DNA of 55,815 nucleotides from Microgenomates group bacterium GW2011_GWA2_44_7. GTDB lineage: Bacteria > Patescibacteriota > Microgenomatia > GWA2-44-7. Made by a program: the position numbers and the translations under genes. Below, one piece after another: positions 46,573 through 55,429 of the stretch; positions within the stretch are counted from its first letter, which is position 1; every line of letters begins with the position of its first letter. Where the stretch lies: positions 1 to 55,815 of the forward strand of contig LCJH01000001.1 in assembly GCA_000999595.1 (NCBI GenBank), read 5' to 3'. The notes beneath the pieces are model-generated. The model did not search any database. It was given only the letters and a program-made list of their open reading frames with translations, and had not been told where the DNA came from.

Positions 46573-48258
46573 TTAGGCTTGAGCTAATTTTTGTTGTAGA
46601 AGCCAGGCTCCGACAACTCCCAATACTGACGCGAACGAAAGATAATCAGATACCACCCTTAATGGTGTTTCTGAAAACTTCACTTCAATATCGTTGATTC
46701 CGACCGGAACTTCTAACTTGATTAAACCAAGTTCTCCGTCAGTTACACGAGCGTTTTGGGTGCTGCCGTTAATCTTAACCAACCACCCAGGATAATAAAG
46801 AGTGTTGACCACCATCGTAATGGGACCGGATGTATTATTTTCAATTTTATAGATTTGGCTATTTGACTTTTTTATACTTGCTTTTACCGGTATCCCTGTG
46901 GCCAACACCGCATCGGATGAGGACGGTACCCCGGGAGGAGCTTTTGACCATAAAGGTAAATAGTCATAAATACCAGCACTGATTTGTCTAGCCCAGAGCT
47001 TGCCAGAAAATTGTATTTCATCTGTTCGATCGTTGTACCAACTAATGGGTTGAAAATATACCACGTAGGCAATTAAGCTAATACCAACCAGGGCCGCAAC
47101 AATAAGTGACTGACGACTTTCACGAAAAAAAACAACGACGCTGGCGGCAATTAGGGATATCGCCAGCATGACGATTGACATAAATCTCCACGAAAACTGC
47201 AGATATTCTAGTTTAGGAGCTATTTGCCAAAATGGGGTTGCTTTCCAATGGGTGAGGAAGCTGGTTAGTAAAAATATCACTAGCAAAAAAATAACGACAA
47301 TAATTCTATCCCGACTTTTTTCCCGCCAAGAAATTATCGTTAGCATGGAAATAAGACCAACTAACCAGTGGACAATCCCTATTTGAAACGCCATTCCGTC
47401 GTTGGGGCCGAAAACCGAAGCCCCATAACCCCAAAAGCGTGAGACAAACAATTGATTAATATCCACGAAATGGGCCAAAAAGTTAAAGTAGCCTATGACC
47501 AAGGTTTCAATATGAACGTACTGTTGTTCATAAATAACGGGGAAGATAAAAAAGGCAGAGATACCGACAGCGATAACGGCAGAGATAATCAGAGTTTTAA
47601 TTGCCCTTGTTAGCGTCTGTTTATTTGAAGCAGCTAGCCAGATAAGAATCCAGATCACAAGCAAGGGGGTAAAGATCAGCGTCATGCCGACATGAGAAAG
47701 AATTATCATCGCCTCTGTTAACCCCAACTTTATTGCATTTTTCAAATTGGGGTGTTTTACTAATCGGTACCCAAACCACAGCGTTGCCGGAAAAATAGCT
47801 ATTGCCCAGAGCTCATTTAAGTCGCCCCTGACATAAAGATCCAGTGCATGGTATGGGCTGTACAAATAAAACACAGCCGCCAGTATGCCACCCCATTTAC
47901 CTAAGAAAATATTTCCGAGACGAGCCATAAACCCGGCCGAAACAACCAATGACAAAATAAATAGCAACTTAACCGTATCCAAATACGAAAGGCCCATGGC
48001 CCTAGGAACGAGTCCAAAAACGTAAGGAAGGGGTGGATAAAAATTCATTAACGGATAACCATAACCGTTGCCCAGTTCTTTCGTCCACCTACATGGAAGC
48101 TGCAAATCCCTAAGACATTCTTCTAAAGCATATTGTCTGACTACCGGTAGGTCGTCATGCATCGGGAAGAAACCCCCGCGCAAAAGTGATAGAAAAGAGG
48201 GAATTGTGATAATCAAGAGCAGCCACCAAAGCCGTGATTGGTTATTTAGTTTGCTCAT
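46573..48258 (-). CDS. GT-C-like polytopic membrane protein, YfhO-like (family B, member 4)
   Basis: 561 aa with PMHDDLPVVRQYALEECLRDLQLPCRWTKELGNGYGYPLMNFYPPLPYVF and YLQFSWRFM. C-terminal module LYYPGWLVKINGS...VGINDIEVKF plus a terminal helix. Confidence 0.65.
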   Translation of the reverse strand: MSKLNNQSRLWWLLLIITIPSFLSLLRGGFFPMHDDLPVVRQYALEECLRDLQLPCRWTKELGNGYGYPLMNFYPPLPYVFGLVPRAMGLSYLDTVKLLFILSLVVSAGFMARLGNIFLGKWGGILAAVFYLYSPYHALDLYVRGDLNELWAIAIFPATLWFGYRLVKHPNLKNAIKLGLTEAMIILSHVGMTLIFTPLLVIWILIWLAASNKQTLTRAIKTLIISAVIAVGISAFFIFPVIYEQQYVHIETLVIGYFNFLAHFVDINQLFVSRFWGYGASVFGPNDGMAFQIGIVHWLVGLISMLTIISWREKSRDRIIVVIFLLVIFLLTSFLTHWKATPFWQIAPKLEYLQFSWRFMSIVMLAISLIAASVVVFFRESRQSLIVAALVGISLIAYVVYFQPISWYNDRTDEIQFSGKLWARQISAGIYDYLPLWSKAPPGVPSSSDAVLATGIPVKASIKKSNSQIYKIENNTSGPITMVVNTLYYPGWLVKINGSTQNARVTDGELGLIKLEVPVGINDIEVKFSETPLRVVSDYLSFASVLGVVGAWLLQQKLAQA

Positions 48259-49652
48259 TTATATGGGCAATTGCGGTTTCACTCGATAGAAATATAATAT
48301 TTCGGTCGATCCATCAACCCGTGATGGCTTGGCGAAGGAAGAAACGAGTTCTAATCCATGTTTTGGTGGATCCATTATTTCAAAACGGCTCTTGTTGGCT
48401 ATCAGATAGACCTCGTTATCCCCGAGGGCATTATTGAGCGAAGTCGGAATGTCTTTGATCGGATAAGCCAGGCCAACGACCCGAATATTAGAACGCCCCT
48501 CGAGATACATTTGTAAACCGTCCGGCATTGTCCCAAAAAAACCTTCTGTGCCAACTAAAATATTAATATTGTCGGGTCTGCCCTTTAAGTAAGCGGCGAT
48601 CTCCCGCAGGCCGTACCCGGCAGTCCACTCTTCCATATAGTTGGGGAGACTCTGGATATGCCATATGCCCCAAAGAGCAGCATCGCCGGAACTGTAAACA
48701 AAATGTACCTGGCAGTAAAAACTTTACCAAAAATTGACTCGATTAATATTGGTCCTATCGTCCAAACGAATAGCAACAGGGCTTTTGATGGCATACGGCG
48801 CAGCATACGATAGGCCCCGATAACTCCAAGAATAACAATCGGAAGTGTCATGAGTATGATTAGCCACCAACCAACCTGCTCGAGGTTTGAAATCAGAGGA
48901 GTTAATGGGTGACTGATTATTTCATTTAGTGAATAAATGTAATCAAGGTTTCGAGAGCCTATTAGATGAAAATTCGGCCCTAAACGCAAAATATTATATA
49001 TGCCAAAGCCAACAATTAAGGCGACCAAGAAGCCTGACAACGCCTTTAGCAGAAACTTCCAGTCAGCTAAACTTTTTTTTGGGGCAACCAATAGCACAGT
49101 AGGCAAAAGAAAGAAGAAAAATTCGCCCGGTGTTTTGGTCAACCAAGCACCACCCAGCGCCCCACCGATTAAGAGTGATAAGTCAAACCTTGGATTGCGT
49201 ACAAACAGTAGACCCAAGACCAGAGCGCCCATTCCCCAGAAAGTAAGCAGACTATCAACTAAGGCTTTCCGATCAAAAAATACTAAAAAGGGAGAGGAGG
49301 CGATTAAGAAAAATGTAATTATTGCTACTTGTTTTGATCGGAACAAGAGCCAACTTACTAATCCCATTTCGATCATTATTCCCAGACCGGAAAGTACGGA
49401 GATAAAGCGACCGGCAAACAGGGGATCTGAGAATAATTTGAGAGAAGGAATTACCAACCACATAAAAAGCGGTTGTTTGCCATCTGAAAGAGGTAAAAAC
49501 CTTAAGGTCTCTTCTGCCTTCATAACTTGTGCCCAGCGAACATAAATAGCTTCGTCGACAAAAACCGGCAGAGTTGTACCTAAACTATAAAGCCTTAAGA
49601 TAATTCCAATGAAGAAAATGACGGCGATAAGAATGACGTCCTTATGATTCAT
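48259..49652 (-). pseudogene. Frameshifted ArnT/GT83-like GT-C gene (family E); two overlapping ORFs in different frames
   Basis: ORF 48585..49652 is the membrane domain (LPVFVDEAIYVRWAQVMKAEE...DGKQPLFMW, about 10 helices). ORF 48259..48636 is the C-terminal soluble domain (NYMEEWTAGYGLREIAAYLKGRPDNINILVG...). The C-terminal frame is open upstream to about 48722. The last credible helix (ILFTVPAMLLFGAYGI) places the shift at about 48640-48665. Confidence 0.6.
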
Positions 49653-49653
49653 C

Positions 49654-50400
49654 TTAATCGTAAATCCCTAGAATTTCGTTCTTTCTTACTCGAATAATTT
49701 CCCGCAGCATCTCCACTGATTCTTGAACAAATTTTCGTTGTTTGGAGGTACTTGAATCTATATTTCGCCACTCAACGGTGATCTCTTTGATCTTAAAGTT
49801 CATTCTTTGAGCAACAAATAACAGCTCGACGTCCCAAGCGCCTACTCGCCACCCTGATCCTCGTTGCCGTCGAAAAACTTCTAGCTTAGAAAAAACCTTT
49901 TTAACGACATCCGTTCTAAAACACTTAAAGCCACACTGGGTATCGTGAATGCTCGAAAGTACCAACGCTCTTCTAATCAGTAGAAAAATCGGAGAAGCAA
50001 TTTTTCTAACAAACGGGTAATTCTCACGCTTAAAACCCCTAGATCCGATAACAATTTCGTACCCATGCTCGATCCCCTCTTTGAATTTTTCAAATTCATC
50101 AATTGGAGTTGATTGATCCATATCGGTGAATAATACATATTTCCCCTTGGCTTTATTGATGCCTGCCCTAAGAGCGAATGCTTTTCCTCCTTTTGGGTTT
50201 CTAAGGTGAACGAAATGTTTTTTGCCCTTGATATATTTTTCTACTAACTCAAAACTTCCGTCAGATGAACCGTCATCAGAGATAACAATTTCCCAATCAA
50301 AGTTCTGGCGCGAAAGATAGCTTGTGACCTCCGCTAACACACCTCTTTTTAGATTTTCTAATTCGTTATAGCAGGGTATTATTACTGATAAAAATATCAT
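49654..50400 (-). CDS. GT2 polyprenyl-phosphate hexosyltransferase (ALG5/GtrB-like)
   Basis: 248 aa with LSVIIPCYNELENL, IVISDDGSSDGS, FTDMDQSTP, IVIGSR and HDTQCGFKCFR. The stop lies 1 nt from the downstream GT-C gene's start. Confidence 0.75.
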   Translation of the reverse strand: MIFLSVIIPCYNELENLKRGVLAEVTSYLSRQNFDWEIVISDDGSSDGSFELVEKYIKGKKHFVHLRNPKGGKAFALRAGINKAKGKYVLFTDMDQSTPIDEFEKFKEGIEHGYEIVIGSRGFKRENYPFVRKIASPIFLLIRRALVLSSIHDTQCGFKCFRTDVVKKVFSKLEVFRRQRGSGWRVGAWDVELLFVAQRMNFKIKEITVEWRNIDSSTSKQRKFVQESVEMLREIIRVRKNEILGIYD

Positions 50401-50418
50401 TTGTTCACAGTTATAAGT

Positions 50419-51909
50419 CTATTTTATACGAGTTCGTTGTTCTACAGTAATTCCTCCAAAGGTGGCTACTTGGTCAACCCTCCCTATTTTCTTTTGGCGG
50501 GTAAGCCACGCGGCAAGTCTTTCCGGATGAGGTACATCGACTTCGTAGATAGTATATAGCTTAGGAGTCAATGCGGTTGAGGGCAAAAGCAAATGGGAAG
50601 GCTTAGTTCCTAACCATTTGAATAAATAGTCATATGCGTGTGGAATGACCGGAGGCACATAGACATCGGTATTATATGGTTCACCCTCCTGTTTGGCTCG
50701 CTGTAAAACCCAGTTAACCGCTTGTTTTTCGTTTCCAAGAACGACATTAACCGGACCATCGGTCCCAGCTACCAGGTAATTTCTAATAAGAGGAAGATTT
50801 AACCAAATGAAAAGAAGCATAAAGACGATAAAGAGCGCCTTGCCGAATAAATATTTCGTCCACCAAGCGGTTAGAACTGAGACAAGGAGGACAAAAACCA
50901 AATAAATACCTGTTAAATAGTAATCCCAGACATACCCCGAATTACCTTGATAAAAAAGAAGGCCTATCAAGGGCGTTAACAGCCATAATAATAGTAGTTT
51001 TATTCCGTCTGATTTTAACCGTGATCTGAAAAGCACTAATGATCCGGCGACACTGATTAGCATGAAATTCGCAACAGGAACATCGCTTGCAACAATTTTT
51101 AACCATAAAGCTTGCCAATAATAATTTAGCCTCGACCCGAGAACAGCAAAGAGATCGTGTCGGAAGCTTTGTTCGCTTATTAGAAATCGATAAAAAGACT
51201 TGATCATTAAAGAATCGTGTCGAAGATCAAATAAGGCTTGTGGAAGAAGGGTCAGAATAAACAAGAATAGGGAAAAAATCAAGAGATAGCCTTTGGGAGC
51301 TTTTTTGCGTTGCCATGTCAAGAAAATCAAGATTGCCGGAAGGAAAAAGAAAGCGCTGGCGGCTTCAAACTGTAGGCTGACACCCAAGCCAAGCGAGACA
51401 ACCAACCAATACTTGAGGTTTCCTTTTATTATCTGCCATAATCCCCAAATCATTATCGAGCTTGACAACATAAGCTGTGTCGGATTGGATAACCAACGAC
51501 TTGCGACTACTAACCAATAAGAAAAACCTCCCAAGGCAATAAATATATAAGCGGTTCTCCTACCAAAAATTTCATCAGCTAATTTCGCGGTCATAATAAG
51601 AGCCAATACGGTGGTGGCAGAGAGATAAATTGCCGGAAAGACGGGGTCCCCACTACCGAGCCAATACCACGGAAGCAGCGTAAAATAATAAAGTGGACCT
51701 AAAAATATTCCTTCTATACCAGTGGTCGGACCTATTAAAAACAGTTTATGGTTAACAATAAGATCTCGTATTGTTAAGGCATCCCTTCCCTGATCAAAAT
51801 AAAAACCGAGAAGTTCATCTAACCGATAAACTCTAATAAGGAAAGCGACTGATAAAAGAACTCCCATCAATCCCCAGTTTCTGCCCCATCGCAATATCTT
51901 AGGAAACAT
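50419..51909 (-). CDS. GT-C-like polytopic membrane protein, ArnT-like (family C, member 2)
   Basis: 496 aa. The first loop is YRLDELLGFYFDQGRDALTIRDLIVNHKLFLIGPTTGIEGIFLGPLYYF. C-terminal soluble domain of about 100 aa. Confidence 0.65.
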   Translation of the reverse strand: MFPKILRWGRNWGLMGVLLSVAFLIRVYRLDELLGFYFDQGRDALTIRDLIVNHKLFLIGPTTGIEGIFLGPLYYFTLLPWYWLGSGDPVFPAIYLSATTVLALIMTAKLADEIFGRRTAYIFIALGGFSYWLVVASRWLSNPTQLMLSSSIMIWGLWQIIKGNLKYWLVVSLGLGVSLQFEAASAFFFLPAILIFLTWQRKKAPKGYLLIFSLFLFILTLLPQALFDLRHDSLMIKSFYRFLISEQSFRHDLFAVLGSRLNYYWQALWLKIVASDVPVANFMLISVAGSLVLFRSRLKSDGIKLLLLWLLTPLIGLLFYQGNSGYVWDYYLTGIYLVFVLLVSVLTAWWTKYLFGKALFIVFMLLFIWLNLPLIRNYLVAGTDGPVNVVLGNEKQAVNWVLQRAKQEGEPYNTDVYVPPVIPHAYDYLFKWLGTKPSHLLLPSTALTPKLYTIYEVDVPHPERLAAWLTRQKKIGRVDQVATFGGITVEQRTRIK

Positions 51910-51911
51910 GC

Positions 51912-53381
51912 TTAAGGTTTGTTATGTATCAGTTTATAAAGAGTTACCCCCCAGGGAAAAGACCGAGAACTGTCAATCTTTGCCCAGCCAAAATTCGCTA
52001 TTTCGGCTTTAGGATGACCTACAGGATTGCACTGGGATACCGGGAGTTCACAAACGACAAATAACTGTTCGGTTAAGTCAGGTGGCATCTCTTTTAGAGG
52101 TGCACCCCATTTGCGCAAAATAAAGCGGTAGCTTTCATCATAATTTTGATTCGCAATCATGCCCAAATTAAAATCTTTCCCTCCCGATGACTGTACTATT
52201 TCACGACTAATAACCTGGGCATGCTGATAAAGATCATAAGGTGTTGCCAAAAGAGGACTGGCTGAAAGGTTTAAATAAAGCAAGCCCATAAACGCGACTA
52301 TTACCGCTACCCTAGTTACTTTGGCTGTTTCCCAAAGGTAATCTATAAGAGCCCCCGCGATTAAGAAAATTGCCGGGAAAATAAAGCCATAGTAATGATC
52401 AAAAAGAGATTGTTTATAAAGGCCTAACCCGATAATACCAAAGCTAACCCAGGTAACTAATAACCTTAAGCTGGTAACTTTATACCTTCTGATAAAAAGG
52501 ACAATCGTTCCAAAAAGAATCACGCTTGAGGTGATAGTGCCGAGATGTTTCGAACCGGCAGTTAGAAGGGACGTTGTCATTCTTTCTAGAATAGGTAGCA
52601 GATTGGGAACAGCCTTGTAAACCTTAAAGTTGACGGTCGTTTGACGTTGGGAGAAGAAAGTAAGCATTGCACGCGAATTTAAAAATTGATGCCTGATATC
52701 AAATAAAACTATCGGCGACATCAGCAAAATAAATACTATAAACGAGATCGCTGTTGAATGAAGCAGGGCTTGCCTGTCTACTTTTTCCTTTTTGACAGCA
52801 AGAAGCCACCAAACAAGAATCGTCGGTAATAATAAAAGTCCGAGGTAGTGCGCTTGGATTGCAAAGGCAAGTGAGATAAAGCAGATTAATAACCACCTAA
52901 ATTTGCCACCATTAAACACTCGCCAAATTGCATATATAGCCAAAAGGGCAAAAAAGGGCATGACATTTGGATTCCATGAAGATCGTGAATAGATAATTAC
53001 CGTTGGAGAAAGTGCATATAATATGGCGGCGGTAGAGCCGGCCATGGGTGAAAACCATTCTCTCCCAATTAGATATATCATCAAAACAGTGGCGACACCT
53101 ATTAGGGCTACAAAAACTGACGGACCGACAGGTGAGAGGCCGGCGAGAACGAAAGAGGGTAATATTAGGTAGTAGTAAAGGGGGCCGTTGTACATATGCC
53201 CGACAGAGGTCCCCGGCCCGATTAATGTTAATTTCTTCTCTACTACCAACTTCCAAAGCACAAGTGCATCTCTGCCTTCATCCCCCTGAAACTGCATATA
53301 CCGATCGATTTGATAAAGCCTGAGAAATGCTGCAAGAAGAACAAGGACGATCAGCGCAGACAACTTACCACCAATAAACAT
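51912..53381 (-). CDS. GT-C-like polytopic membrane protein, ArnT-like (family C, member 3)
   Basis: 489 aa. The first loop is YQIDRYMQFQGDEGRDALVLWKLVVEKKLTLIGPGTSVGHMYNGPLYYY. Tandem with its paralog, separated by 2 nt. Confidence 0.65.
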   Translation of the reverse strand: MFIGGKLSALIVLVLLAAFLRLYQIDRYMQFQGDEGRDALVLWKLVVEKKLTLIGPGTSVGHMYNGPLYYYLILPSFVLAGLSPVGPSVFVALIGVATVLMIYLIGREWFSPMAGSTAAILYALSPTVIIYSRSSWNPNVMPFFALLAIYAIWRVFNGGKFRWLLICFISLAFAIQAHYLGLLLLPTILVWWLLAVKKEKVDRQALLHSTAISFIVFILLMSPIVLFDIRHQFLNSRAMLTFFSQRQTTVNFKVYKAVPNLLPILERMTTSLLTAGSKHLGTITSSVILFGTIVLFIRRYKVTSLRLLVTWVSFGIIGLGLYKQSLFDHYYGFIFPAIFLIAGALIDYLWETAKVTRVAVIVAFMGLLYLNLSASPLLATPYDLYQHAQVISREIVQSSGGKDFNLGMIANQNYDESYRFILRKWGAPLKEMPPDLTEQLFVVCELPVSQCNPVGHPKAEIANFGWAKIDSSRSFPWGVTLYKLIHNKP

Positions 53382-53384
53382 AGA

Positions 53385-54122
53385 TTAATTACTACGAAGC
53401 GAGAGCCATAAATCTACCGTCCCTTTAACTGCTCGCAGTATTATTTTTGGATGAGCACCTCGTTCTCTACGATTTTTATCACCCTGATCTGGAAAGTGGG
53501 ATACCGGGACTTCTGAAATTTTGAGTCCCGCTCTTTTGGCTTTAACTAATAGTTCTGTACTTATCATCGCCGTGTTGGTTTTTAGTCTCGGTAATTTAGC
53601 CAATGAGCTCCTTTTAATCATCTTAAAGGCACAGTCGATATCTTTAAACCAAATACCAAAAAAGATGAGATCCCAAAATCTCAGCGCTTGGGCAAGCAAA
53701 ACCCTAGGCAAGCCTTCGGCTCTATTAGCTCGATATCCGATGACAAGATCATTATTGATAATTAGTTGTATAAATTTAACCACTTCACCAAAGTCAAACT
53801 GTCCGTCACCATCGGTAAAAATAATTAGATCTTTCTTAGAACTGTAAAAGCCGGCGATCAATGCTCCGCCATAGCCTCGGTTGGGAGAATGGTGAATCAC
53901 CTTAATTCGCTTATTCTTAGCGGCTAAGGCATCGGCTATCAGACCAGTTTTGTCAACTGAGCCGTCATCAACGATTATGACTTCATAATCTGTGTCTAAA
54001 CTTTCTAATTCTTTAATTGCCAAAGAGATAGTCCTTTTTATGTTTGATTCTTCATTATAAGCGGGGAAAAAAACTGAGATACTATTTTTCGTGGCCATTT
54101 TGAAATAAGTATAACATGCCAA
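53385..54122 (-). CDS. GT2 polyprenyl-phosphate glycosyltransferase (ArnC/GtrB-like)
   Basis: 245 aa with ISVFFPAYNEESNI, VIIVDDGSVDKTGLIA, NRGYGGALIAGF, FTDGDGQFD, VIGYR and DIDCAFKMI. The likely true start is the Met of MATKNS (about 54098). Confidence 0.75.
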   Translation of the reverse strand: MACYTYFKMATKNSISVFFPAYNEESNIKRTISLAIKELESLDTDYEVIIVDDGSVDKTGLIADALAAKNKRIKVIHHSPNRGYGGALIAGFYSSKKDLIIFTDGDGQFDFGEVVKFIQLIINNDLVIGYRANRAEGLPRVLLAQALRFWDLIFFGIWFKDIDCAFKMIKRSSLAKLPRLKTNTAMISTELLVKAKRAGLKISEVPVSHFPDQGDKNRRERGAHPKIILRAVKGTVDLWLSLRSN

Positions 54123-54243
54123 CTTCTTGTTTTTAACTTACAAAGGTCTTAATACGGCTTTTATTCCCTGTTCCAAGTAATAATTTGGAAGTCGTTAACG
54201 TTTACCTAGGATCGCTTATTTGACCAAAGAAATCCTGACTTGG

Positions 54244-55374
54244 TTATTTTTTTCCAGTCTGCTTCCAAACGATCCGTGTGTACATCAGCCAATTGTATGG
54301 GAGCACCAAAAAAACAATAATGAAAGGCAGATAGATTTGACGGTACTGTGTCCCAAAAACCGAAGCGAGGGCAGTTCCAGTGATGGTAGTAATTATGAGT
54401 GCCCCGGCAGAAGTCAAATTAAATTGCATAAACTTCCTTACAATGTCTAATATCTTAGTGAAACTTTCTTCTTTAAAAGTCCAAAGGTTATTCCAAGTAA
54501 AATTCGAGATAATCCCCGCTTCTGTTGCTATCGACCAAACCAGAACCTCGACGATATTCATCCGACCCAGTATCCAAATGCCCAGAGAAGTGACAATATA
54601 GCCTAGAAAACCGACAATACCGAATTTTATAAATTTCTTTACTTTGGGCTCTTGGGCTCTAGTCGTTATAATAAATAAAAGCGTTCGGACAATGTACTCC
54701 AGCTTTGGCATTTTCGATTTCCCTGCCGTACGATCGACAAAATGAAAGGGTACCTCCGCTACCTTTGCTTTGTAAAACAGCGCCCAGTAAAGAGATGAGA
54801 GTTGAAAAGTATAATTGCGATATTCCGTCACGTGCGGTTTAAATTTTTCATAGACCCATCGACGAAGTAACCGATATCCTCCTGTCCAATCTTTAATATC
54901 GAAACGGGTAAATAAAACCATGGCAACAATATTGCCAATCACCGAGAGAAATTTTCGGTGAATACCCCAACTTTGAGGAATTCCTCCCCCGGGGATATAC
55001 CTTGAACCAAGGACCAAATCATAGCCCTCGTCTAATTTTCTTATCATTTGAGGAATCTTATCCGGATCATGAGACAAATCCGCATCCATTTCAAAAACCG
55101 CATCGGCGCCTTTTTTCTCAAATGCATAAGCCATGGCAACCAAATAGGCACCGCCTAAGCCAACTTTGTGCTTATTAACAACCAAGTCTAAATTGGGGAC
55201 AAATTGCATTAAATCCCGAACGATATCAGCTGTGCCGTCTGGAGACGTGTCGTCAACGACAATAATTCCTAAATCATGCCCCTTGACCTTGCTAAATGCC
55301 CGTCTTATTCCTTCAATAGATTTAACAATATTTTCCGCTTCATTGTATGTGGGGACAATTACAAGAATCTTCAT
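54244..55374 (-). CDS. Polyprenol-monophosphate mannose/hexose synthase (DPM1/Ppm1-like GT2) fused to a C-terminal GtrA-like membrane domain
   Basis: 376 aa. The catalytic part has ILVIVPTYNEAENI, IIVVDDTSPDGTADIV, GLGGAYLVAM, MDADLSHDPDKIP and LVLGSRYIPGGG. The C-terminal ~130 aa form four helices with KFIKFGIVGFLGY and ISNFTWNNLWTFKE (GtrA family pattern). Confidence 0.8.
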   Translation of the reverse strand: MKILVIVPTYNEAENIVKSIEGIRRAFSKVKGHDLGIIVVDDTSPDGTADIVRDLMQFVPNLDLVVNKHKVGLGGAYLVAMAYAFEKKGADAVFEMDADLSHDPDKIPQMIRKLDEGYDLVLGSRYIPGGGIPQSWGIHRKFLSVIGNIVAMVLFTRFDIKDWTGGYRLLRRWVYEKFKPHVTEYRNYTFQLSSLYWALFYKAKVAEVPFHFVDRTAGKSKMPKLEYIVRTLLFIITTRAQEPKVKKFIKFGIVGFLGYIVTSLGIWILGRMNIVEVLVWSIATEAGIISNFTWNNLWTFKEESFTKILDIVRKFMQFNLTSAGALIITTITGTALASVFGTQYRQIYLPFIIVFLVLPYNWLMYTRIVWKQTGKK

Positions 55375-55429
55375 ACTTGTTAGATTATCATAAAAAAAGT
55401 TCGCAAGATAACTGGTAAAATAACCGGGA

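Noticed and set aside
48640-48662. The near-direct repeat GCATATG/GCATATC, considered as the cause of the frameshift in the ArnT-like gene.
   Set aside because: Removing one 7 nt copy shifts the reading into the third frame, not into the frame of the C-terminal ORF. A simple duplication therefore does not explain the break.
49000-49545. A 181 aa plus-strand ORF antisense to the ArnT-like membrane gene.
   Set aside because: It is rich in K, R, P, S and T and low in complexity, as expected for the mirror frame of a Leu/Phe/Ile-rich membrane gene. It lies wholly inside a well-supported minus-strand CDS and has no recognisable motif.
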